This document shows positions 29,375 to 36,218 of a stretch of 42,718 bases of DNA, one piece after another. The notes beneath the pieces are model-generated. The model did no database searches and had not been told where the DNA came from. It saw only the letters and a program-made list of their open reading frames with translations. Position numbers and translations under genes: made by a program. Origin of the DNA: Eubacteriales bacterium (GTDB taxonomy: Bacteria; Bacillota; Clostridia; Oscillospirales; CAG-272). The stretch lies in NCBI GenBank assembly GCA_045603205.1, contig JAZULS010000086.1, positions 1 through 42,718 on the forward strand, written 5' to 3'. Each line of letters begins with the position of its first letter. Position 1 is the stretch's first letter.

Positions 29375-29410
29375 AGCTTTCACCTTCCTACTTTTTTGTT
29401 TTCCTTGTTT

Positions 29411-30352
29411 TTAGAGCTTCTTTACTACTCTGAGTTTTGCGCTTCTTGCTCTGGGGTTTTCTTTTATCTCCTCATCCGTGGGGAGAATCGGTTTTTTCGT
29501 TAAAACTTTTACCTTGGGTTTGTTGCCGCACACGCATACGGGAAACTCCGGCGGACAGGTACATCCTTCCGCTAAAGCTGCAAAGGTTTGCTTTGTGATC
29601 CTGTCCTCTAAAGAGTGGAACGTGATCACAGCAGCAACTCCGTCCGGATTAAGTCTTGATACGGCTTCCTCGATGGAGGGTCTTATAACGTCAAGCTCGC
29701 GGTTTACTTCGATCCGTATCGCCTGGAACGTTCTTTTGGCGGGATGCTGAGCCTCTTTATATTTAGCCGAGGCAGGCATCGCAGCCTTGATTATCTCAGA
29801 GAGCTCAAGAGTCGTCTCAATGGGTTTATCAGTTCTTTTCTTTACGATAAGGGATGCTATCTTACCCGCAAACTTTTCTTCACCGTAGGCTGTAATAATG
29901 CGTCTCAGCTCACCTTCAGAGTAGTTATTAACAACAAACGCCGCATCAAGCGTTGCCGTGCGGTCCATTCTCATATCTAACGGTGCATCGGCCATATATG
30001 AGAAACCTCGTTCAGCTTCGTCAAGCTGATAGGATGAAACTCCAAGGTCCCACATAACTCCGTCGATCTTCTCTATACCGAGAGAATCGAGAGCCGTGCC
30101 TATGGACGAGAACTCACATTTTACGAGAGTTACACGGTCCATATACGCCGCGAGTCTTTTCCTGCAGGCTGCAAGGGCATCGTCATCCCGGTCAAGACAG
30201 ATAAGTCTTGATCCCTCGGGAAGCCTTTGGGCAATTCCGAGAGAGTGACCGCCGCCGCCTGCCGTGCAGTCAACGTATATGCCGCCCCGTGAGGGATCAA
30301 GGGCGGTCATACACTCTTCAAATAAAATCGATTTATGTTTAAATTCCATCAT
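29411..30352 (-). CDS. rsmH: 16S rRNA m4C1402 methyltransferase
   Basis: DCTAGGGGHS, DLGVSSYQLD..ERGFSY, LDMRMD, FQAIRIEVN, ITFHSLEDR, NPRARSAKLR. Confidence 0.97.
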   Translation of the reverse strand: MMEFKHKSILFEECMTALDPSRGGIYVDCTAGGGGHSLGIAQRLPEGSRLICLDRDDDALAACRKRLAAYMDRVTLVKCEFSSIGTALDSLGIEKIDGVMWDLGVSSYQLDEAERGFSYMADAPLDMRMDRTATLDAAFVVNNYSEGELRRIITAYGEEKFAGKIASLIVKKRTDKPIETTLELSEIIKAAMPASAKYKEAQHPAKRTFQAIRIEVNRELDVIRPSIEEAVSRLNPDGVAAVITFHSLEDRITKQTFAALAEGCTCPPEFPVCVCGNKPKVKVLTKKPILPTDEEIKENPRARSAKLRVVKKL

Positions 30353-30366
30353 CACTCACCGATGGA

Positions 30367-30786
30367 TCAAAGTCCGAGAAGCTCGAGAGTTTCAGCGAAG
30401 TTTTCAGGCTCTTCGGAGAGATTCATTTCGTTCCATCTTTCCTCAGACCAGATCTCAACGTACTTACCGCAACCTACGGTCACTACGTTCTTCGTAATGC
30501 CTGCGTAATCTATCATACCCTGAGGGAGAAGCACTCTTCCCTGTCCGTCAGGCTGAACCTCGATCGCGTTGGAGTAAAGGAAACGGGTGACTTCTTTAGC
30601 ACGGCTCTTGGGAAGCTCGCTGAGCTTCTGTGTGTAGTTTGCCCATTCCTCTTCGGAATAAACGCACAGACACTTGTCCGCATCCTTGATAATGGTAATG
30701 GTTGCCCCAAGCTGCTCCTTCAGTTTAGCAGGAATGATCAGCCTGTTTTTTGAGTCTATTGAATGTGTGTAGTTACCCATCAGCAT
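30367..30786 (-). CDS. mraZ: Transcriptional regulator MraZ
   Basis: G.YTHSIDSKNRLIIPAK, D.QGRVLLP, VEIWS; GGGAGG RBS precedes the ATG at 30786. Confidence 0.95.
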   Translation of the reverse strand: MLMGNYTHSIDSKNRLIIPAKLKEQLGATITIIKDADKCLCVYSEEEWANYTQKLSELPKSRAKEVTRFLYSNAIEVQPDGQGRVLLPQGMIDYAGITKNVVTVGCGKYVEIWSEERWNEMNLSEEPENFAETLELLGL

Positions 30787-30795
30787 GGCTGATTC

Positions 30796-30835
30796 CTCCC
30801 TTTCGTTGCATTTTGTGGCATTTCGCTCCACTTCG
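30796..30835 (-). promoter_or_regulatory. Degenerate MraZ-binding 10-bp repeats
   Basis: Minus strand reads GAAGTGGAGC GAAATGCCAC AAAATGCAAC GAAAGGGAG with a 10-bp period, between the promoter and the mraZ RBS. Confidence 0.55.
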
Positions 30836-30841
30836 TATTTA

Positions 30842-30870
30842 ATTATATATCACTTCGCTATAAATATCAA
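30842..30870 (-). promoter_or_regulatory. sigmaA promoter of the dcw operon
   Basis: TTGATA-17 bp-TATAAT. Confidence 0.8.
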
Positions 30871-31151
30871 GATATAAAGCCAAATTTTTTTAGGTTTTTT
30901 TCGCATTTTTTCCGAGTTTTTCCCTTATTCCGCCACAATCTACATAAAAACCCACCCAAATATCCTTTTTTTCCTATTTTTGTGATTTATTTCCACATTG
31001 TGAGCAAACTAACAATTACCTGACAACTCACGGGGCAAATTCACGAAATATTCCGCAGTCGGTCATTTCCTTTTGTGACACCCGACAAAAATTCCCCATC
31101 TGCGATACAGCCTTCAATTTTGCTACATTTCTCTATCCCCCTCTTATTTAC

Positions 31152-31191
31152 AAAAAAGCATCTCCTTTGCACGAAGCAAAAGAGATGCTTT
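31152..31191 (-). terminator. Terminator after gatB
   Basis: AAAGCATCTC.TTTGC-ACGAA-GCAAA.GAGATGCTTT with a T-tract on the minus strand. Confidence 0.8.
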
Positions 31192-31193
31192 GT

Positions 31194-32606
31194 TTATTCA
31201 AAGTATAGGTCCACTTCTTCGTTTAAGATCACGGGGTCTGCTCTGCCTTTGGTCAGCTTCATAACGCATCCGACGATTACCTTTTTAGCCGTTAGTTTGC
31301 CACGCCTGATCTCTCTGACAGCTCCTTCGCACTGCTTCACCGCCTCGTCGACGAGACGCTTCAGTTCCACTCTGTCCCGAAGAATGAAAAGTCCGTTTTT
31401 TTCGGCTAACTCACGAGCTGAGGCACCGCTTGACACGGACAGTTTCAAAATCTGTTTAGCGGAAACGATGTTTACTTCCCCCAAGACGTACATATCGCAG
31501 GCGTCGGCGAGATTTTCAGGTCTTGATACCGCTTCCCCACGAGACATAGCGGGATATATTTCCGAAGCGAACAGATTTGCCGCCTGGCGGACGTTACCCG
31601 TGCGGCTCAAAACCTCGTCAAAATAGTCAGCCGTGGAAACGCTGTCGCAGATAAGACTTGCCATGTCAGAGGTCACACCTTGGGAGATCAACCTCTCGAC
31701 CCTTCTCGAGTAAGTCTCGGGCATCCCGCCTTTGACAGATGAAACGTACTCTTCGTCCGTGATGACAGGCGGAAGATCCGGCTCTCTCATATACCTGTAG
31801 TCCAGGGGAGTTTCCTTGGGCCGCATGAACTCCGTGGACATAGTCTCTTCGTTGAATCTGCGGCTCTCTAACGCCACTTCTCCGCCCGAGAGGATCAGGT
31901 CTACCTGTCTTTTAAACTCTGCTTCTATAGCCCGTCCGATGAAATTAACGGAGTTGATATTCTTGATCTCACACCGTGTTCCGAAAGACTCTTCTCCAAC
32001 GGGTCGCACGGAGATGTTCACGTCGCACCTGAGGGACCCTTCGTTCATTTTACAGTCGGACACTCCCGCAAACAGAAGCTCACGTCTCAGCACGTCCACA
32101 AACGCCATAGCCTCATCAGCGCTTCTCATATCGGGTGCGGTAACTATCTCAATAAGGGGGACTCCGCATCGGTTGTGGTCGATCTTTACCACGCCGTCCT
32201 TATAAGAGAGTTTTCCTGCGTCCTCTTCAAGGTGGATGCGCTCCACACGGATACTTTTTACGCCCTTTTCAGAGGGGATATTCACCACGCCGCCTGTGCA
32301 GAGGGGTGTATAATACTGAGTTATCTGGTATCCCTTAGGCAGGTCAGGGTAGAAATAGTGTTTTCTGTCAAAACGGGACACCTTTGCGATACTGCAATCG
32401 AGAGTCAGTCCCGCCACTGTGGCAAGGCGTACCGCCTCGGGATTGAGTGCTGGCAACGTCCCCGGAAAACCCATGCATATGGGGCAACAGTTGGTGTCAG
32501 GCTCTGCTCCATATTCTGCCGAACAGGTGCAGAAGGCTTTTTCTCTTGTGCGAAGCTCCACGTGTATCTCAAGTCCGATGACAGCCTCATAACCTTTGTA
32601 GGTCAT
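31194..32606 (-). CDS. gatB: Asp/Glu-tRNA(Asn/Gln) amidotransferase subunit B
   Basis: VIGLEIHVEL, YFYPDLPKGYQITQ, HLEEDAGK, NR.GVPLIEIV, EGSLRCDVNIS, EIKNINS, DYRY..EPDLPP. Confidence 0.95.
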   Translation of the reverse strand: MTYKGYEAVIGLEIHVELRTREKAFCTCSAEYGAEPDTNCCPICMGFPGTLPALNPEAVRLATVAGLTLDCSIAKVSRFDRKHYFYPDLPKGYQITQYYTPLCTGGVVNIPSEKGVKSIRVERIHLEEDAGKLSYKDGVVKIDHNRCGVPLIEIVTAPDMRSADEAMAFVDVLRRELLFAGVSDCKMNEGSLRCDVNISVRPVGEESFGTRCEIKNINSVNFIGRAIEAEFKRQVDLILSGGEVALESRRFNEETMSTEFMRPKETPLDYRYMREPDLPPVITDEEYVSSVKGGMPETYSRRVERLISQGVTSDMASLICDSVSTADYFDEVLSRTGNVRQAANLFASEIYPAMSRGEAVSRPENLADACDMYVLGEVNIVSAKQILKLSVSSGASARELAEKNGLFILRDRVELKRLVDEAVKQCEGAVREIRRGKLTAKKVIVGCVMKLTKGRADPVILNEEVDLYFE

Positions 32607-33991
32607 TTTCTCACCTCCGACTCACTGATCTTACCCGCCACGCTGTAAAGAAGATCCTCTTCCCCACGTCGTCCCATAAGCTGAAGTGACAAAGGGATTA
32701 CGGTGCCGCATTCCCTGGTGTATTCTCCGAAGGGGAAAGCCAGCGCGGGCAGTCCCGTAATGTTTGCGTACACGGTGTACCTATCTCCGATAAATTTCGT
32801 CTGTCCCCATTTGACTCTGGCACAGTCGATAACGGGAGAAAGGATAAGATCTACGTCCTCGAGCATCTCGTCAAGGGCATCGGTTATCTCACGCCTCAGT
32901 GCCAATGCGTCGGCGTACATTTTTCCGCCGCCCACAGTAGTTACGAACACTCCCTCAGCAATTCTTTCCGAAAGCTTTGGCCCAAAGGTTTCACGGCGGC
33001 TTGCCAAAACCCCATCCTTTGATGTGTGTCCGAATCTCACCCCATCAAATCTTGCAAGGTTTGACGCCGCCTCAGCGGAGGAAAGGGTGTAATAAATATA
33101 AGAAATATCCGCCAGGTACGGCATGGTTACCGCTTTCACCTGAACTCCTGCATTCTCGAGGACTCTCACTGCTTTTTCTACATTCGCCGCAATATATCCT
33201 CTCGTGTCCGCGGGAAGGAACACACCAGCCTTTTTGGGTGACTTCTCGCATTTCACGCTATGATCCACGGTGGTCATATCTCTCACGTCCACGCCGCGTA
33301 TCACGTCAAAGACAAGCTTGTTGTCCCGCAGATCTTTCGTCATGGGGCATATCTGGTCAAGAGACGGAGCCATACCAACCAGACCGAATCTTGACACGCT
33401 GCCGTAGGTCGGCTTCAGACTGCATATTCCGCAAAGGGCAGCAGGCACTCTCGCTGAGCCACCCGTATCACTTCCCAGAGAAGCTACGCTGCTACGGTCA
33501 AGAAGTGAAACTGCCGAACCTGAAGAGGAGCCACCGGGGATAAGTTCTTCACCAAAGGGATTATAGGTTCTGCCAAAGCAGGAGCTGACGCCGTCGGAGC
33601 CAATGGCAAACTCGTCAAGATTAGCTTTTCCGATAGGGATCGCGCCTGCAGACAGCAGTTTTTTATAAGCTGTTGCGCTGTAGGAAGGCACAAAATTTTC
33701 AAGCATACGGGAGGCGCAGGTGGTCTTCACTCCCGCGGTACAAATATTATCTTTAATTGACACAGGCACACCGGCCAGAGCAAGCCCCTCACCCTCACCT
33801 GCGGCGATGGCTGAATCCACCTTTTTGGCGGCCTCCAATGCCTCGTCTCGCATCACGGTGATATATGCGTTGCAAGAGTCTTCTTCTGCTCTTGCCAAAA
33901 AAGCCTTTGCAACTCTGACAGCGCTTATTTCACCCGATCTCACTAAACGAGAGATCTCCCACGCGGTAAGCTTTGTTACGTTATAGCTCAT
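32603..33991 (-). CDS. gatA: Asp/Glu-tRNA amidotransferase subunit A
   Basis: IKDNI, TTCAS..LENF, GK.NLDEFA.GS, PGGSSSGSA, GSDTGGS.R.PA, KPTYG.VSRFGL, SNLARFDG; lies directly upstream of gatB. Confidence 0.92.
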   Translation of the reverse strand: MSYNVTKLTAWEISRLVRSGEISAVRVAKAFLARAEEDSCNAYITVMRDEALEAAKKVDSAIAAGEGEGLALAGVPVSIKDNICTAGVKTTCASRMLENFVPSYSATAYKKLLSAGAIPIGKANLDEFAIGSDGVSSCFGRTYNPFGEELIPGGSSSGSAVSLLDRSSVASLGSDTGGSARVPAALCGICSLKPTYGSVSRFGLVGMAPSLDQICPMTKDLRDNKLVFDVIRGVDVRDMTTVDHSVKCEKSPKKAGVFLPADTRGYIAANVEKAVRVLENAGVQVKAVTMPYLADISYIYYTLSSAEAASNLARFDGVRFGHTSKDGVLASRRETFGPKLSERIAEGVFVTTVGGGKMYADALALRREITDALDEMLEDVDLILSPVIDCARVKWGQTKFIGDRYTVYANITGLPALAFPFGEYTRECGTVIPLSLQLMGRRGEEDLLYSVAGKISESEVRK

Positions 33992-34233
33992 TTTTCCACC
34001 GCCTCACGTGCAATTTCCGAAGGTCTAACGGGTCTCATCCCATTTATGGCACCGTCTTCGTCCCCTGAAAGACGCAACTGTGCGGCTTCAGCAGAGAGCA
34101 CATCGTCGCCGCAACGGGACAACCATTCCTCCGCATCAATTTCAGCAAAACGTTTGAATTTGTCCGTATCAAGCCCGACTTTCGCTCTTTCAGCAATATT
34201 TTCGACAATTTTCAAAAAATCCGTGTTGTTCAT
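33988..34233 (-). CDS. gatC: Highly divergent GatC-like subunit
   Basis: Size and position, ATGA overlap with gatA, GAGGT RBS. IVENIAERAKVGL....FKRFAE weakly resembles the GatC N-terminal helices. Confidence 0.55.
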   Translation of the reverse strand: MNNTDFLKIVENIAERAKVGLDTDKFKRFAEIDAEEWLSRCGDDVLSAEAAQLRLSGDEDGAINGMRPVRPSEIAREAVEK

Positions 34234-35076
34234 TTATACCTCGCGAAGCGTTTTCAGAAGCGAAATCTCCTCTGCGTAGCCCTCAAGCTCATTTGGAGTT
34301 TCAAGATAAAAAGGCAGATCCCTTGTTTTAGGGTGGTTTATAAGTCTCGACATAGAGTCAAGGGGAATGTTCCCCATACCAAGCCTCTCATGCCGGTCCT
34401 TTGCGGCACCTTTGACATTTTTACTGTCGTTCAGGTGGATCGCCCACAGCTTGTCTATGCCAACGACACGGTCGAACGCATCGAGCACACCGTCGACGTC
34501 CTCTGCTATGGAATATCCGCCGTCGTGGACGTGACAGGTGTCAAGACATACGCCCACGTACTGCCTCAAGTCTTCATCCACTCCGTTTATTATTGCCGAT
34601 ATCTCTTCAAAATTGCGGCCGATCTCAGTTCCCTTGCCAGCCATTGTTTCGATAAGCACCTTTGTGCGCATACCACGCCACAGAACGCGGTTAAGTAGCT
34701 CTGAGGTGAATTTTATCCCAAGGTCAGCACCTTGTCCCACGTGGCATCCGGGATGAAAGTTGTACATAGCCCCGTCGATCACTTCAAGGAATCGTACCTC
34801 TTCAGCCATGGCAGTGACTGAATATTCCCTTATTGCCTCGTCCTTCGAGCAGGGGTTATAGGTATAGGGAGCATGAGCCAAAGGCGCTCTCATTCCGTTT
34901 TCCTTAATGATCTTACAAAGCTCCGCTACATCTTCGCGTGAGGGAGTTTTGCCATTACTGCGACCTCGCGGGTTTTTAGTAAAGAACTGAAAGGTATTTG
35001 CGCCGATCTCCAGAGCTCTCCTTCCCATAGCGGCGTAACCGCCCTCCACAGACAAGTGACATCCTATATAAAACAT
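34234..35076 (-). CDS. nfo: Endonuclease IV (AP endonuclease)
   Basis: IGCHLS, FQFFTKNPR, AHAPY, NFHPG, ETMAGKGTEIG, CLDTCH, HLNDSK, KDRHE, LETP. Confidence 0.96.
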   Translation of the reverse strand: MFYIGCHLSVEGGYAAMGRRALEIGANTFQFFTKNPRGRSNGKTPSREDVAELCKIIKENGMRAPLAHAPYTYNPCSKDEAIREYSVTAMAEEVRFLEVIDGAMYNFHPGCHVGQGADLGIKFTSELLNRVLWRGMRTKVLIETMAGKGTEIGRNFEEISAIINGVDEDLRQYVGVCLDTCHVHDGGYSIAEDVDGVLDAFDRVVGIDKLWAIHLNDSKNVKGAAKDRHERLGMGNIPLDSMSRLINHPKTRDLPFYLETPNELEGYAEEISLLKTLREV

Positions 35077-35098
35077 TCAATTTATCCTTTCCACTCAT

Positions 35099-35127
35099 GA
35101 ATATATGCTCTCTGCAAAACATAATAT
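35099..35127 (+). promoter_or_regulatory. sigmaE-like promoter pointing toward the yihY-family gene
   Basis: GAATATA-14 bp-CATAATAT. Confidence 0.45.
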
Positions 35128-35164
35128 TGATGTTAGGGTCCAAGAGCGAAAACCGTCAATATAT

Positions 35165-35193
35165 ATTATATCAAATTAAATAAAATAAAGCAA
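35165..35193 (-). promoter_or_regulatory. sigmaA promoter of nfo-gatCAB
   Basis: TTGCTT-17 bp-TATAAT with extended -10 TG. Confidence 0.75.
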
Positions 35194-35249
35194 GATGCAC
35201 CTAAGAGAGACAAAGGCCCTGCATATCACAAAGGAGGTACCCGATTAAC

Positions 35250-36107
35250 GTGAAACGCTCATACATGATTTCACTCCGAAGCATAATAAAACGCTTTTCA
35301 GAGGTCATATCAATAATAAGCGGCGACCGCGTGCCGGTATACGCCGCCCAAGCGTCGTTTTTCATGGTGATCTCCTCCCTGCCGCTGATCATGCTTCTGC
35401 TAAGTCTCAGCAGATACGTTCTGTCTGATAAGATATATGACGTTATTTTATCCTTCGGGGACTCCTTGCCGGGCGGTTTAAAGCCACTGTTTGTCACTCT
35501 CTTTGACGAAATGTACGCGCGACCTGCCATCAATCTGATTTCCGTCACCGCTCTCATTACGTTATGGTCTGCCTCCAAAGGAATTCGCGCCATAAGAGAC
35601 GGTGTAGCTACCGTATACCGCGCCCAAGTGGAAAAAAATTTCTTCCGAAAAATTCTTTTGTCTTTCCTGCACACGGCAATTTTCATCATCCTGCTTATCG
35701 CACTTATCATACTTCTTCTCTTCGGAGACCAGCTGTTCAGGCTTCTCTCTCCTAAATTCACGGTTGTGATGAGATTTTACGAGCTGTTCAAATACCGAAC
35801 GGGGATCATTTTCGCTGTTCTCGTGCTGTTTTTCGCTTTACTTTATCATACAGTAGGCAAGCACGGAGAAGCTGTAAACGGAAGTGTGAAAAGCCACCTC
35901 CCGGGAGCCTTCGTGGCCGCGGGCGGATGGGTACTTTTCTCCTTCTTTTATTCCCTGTATACCTTGTATTTTTCAAGGATGTCCTACATTTACGGAAGCC
36001 TCACCGCCATAATACTCCTTATGCTGTGGCTGTATTTTTGTATGATAATTCTTCTTTGCGGGGCGGAATTTAATAAGTATTGTGAGGCAAGGAAGCAGAG
36101 AGAGTAA
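35250..36107 (+). CDS. YihY/BrkB family membrane protein
   Basis: YAAQASFF..IS..P, LWSASKG, LPGA...A.GW, YGSL...ILLMLWLY......L.GAE; AAGGAGG RBS. Confidence 0.9.
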   Translation: MKRSYMISLRSIIKRFSEVISIISGDRVPVYAAQASFFMVISSLPLIMLLLSLSRYVLSDKIYDVILSFGDSLPGGLKPLFVTLFDEMYARPAINLISVTALITLWSASKGIRAIRDGVATVYRAQVEKNFFRKILLSFLHTAIFIILLIALIILLLFGDQLFRLLSPKFTVVMRFYELFKYRTGIIFAVLVLFFALLYHTVGKHGEAVNGSVKSHLPGAFVAAGGWVLFSFFYSLYTLYFSRMSYIYGSLTAIILLMLWLYFCMIILLCGAEFNKYCEARKQRE

Positions 36108-36171
36108 AACAAAAATTGTGCAAAAAGGCTCATCTGTTAAGTTTTACTCCAACTTTTATTATAGAACCAAC

Positions 36172-36206
36172 AAAAACAACCCCGTGTGGATTTCACACGG
36201 GGTTGT
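36172..36206 (-). terminator. Terminator of the SLH metallophosphoesterase gene
   Basis: ACAACCCCGTGTG-GATTT-CACACGGGGTTGT with a T-tract on the minus strand. Confidence 0.85.
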
Positions 36207-36218
36207 AGAAATATTAAC

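Noticed and set aside
30871-31151. ncRNA in the gatB-mraZ intergenic region
   Set aside because: Only A/T tracts and weak hairpins; no recognisable RNA family, and no promoter-terminator pair.
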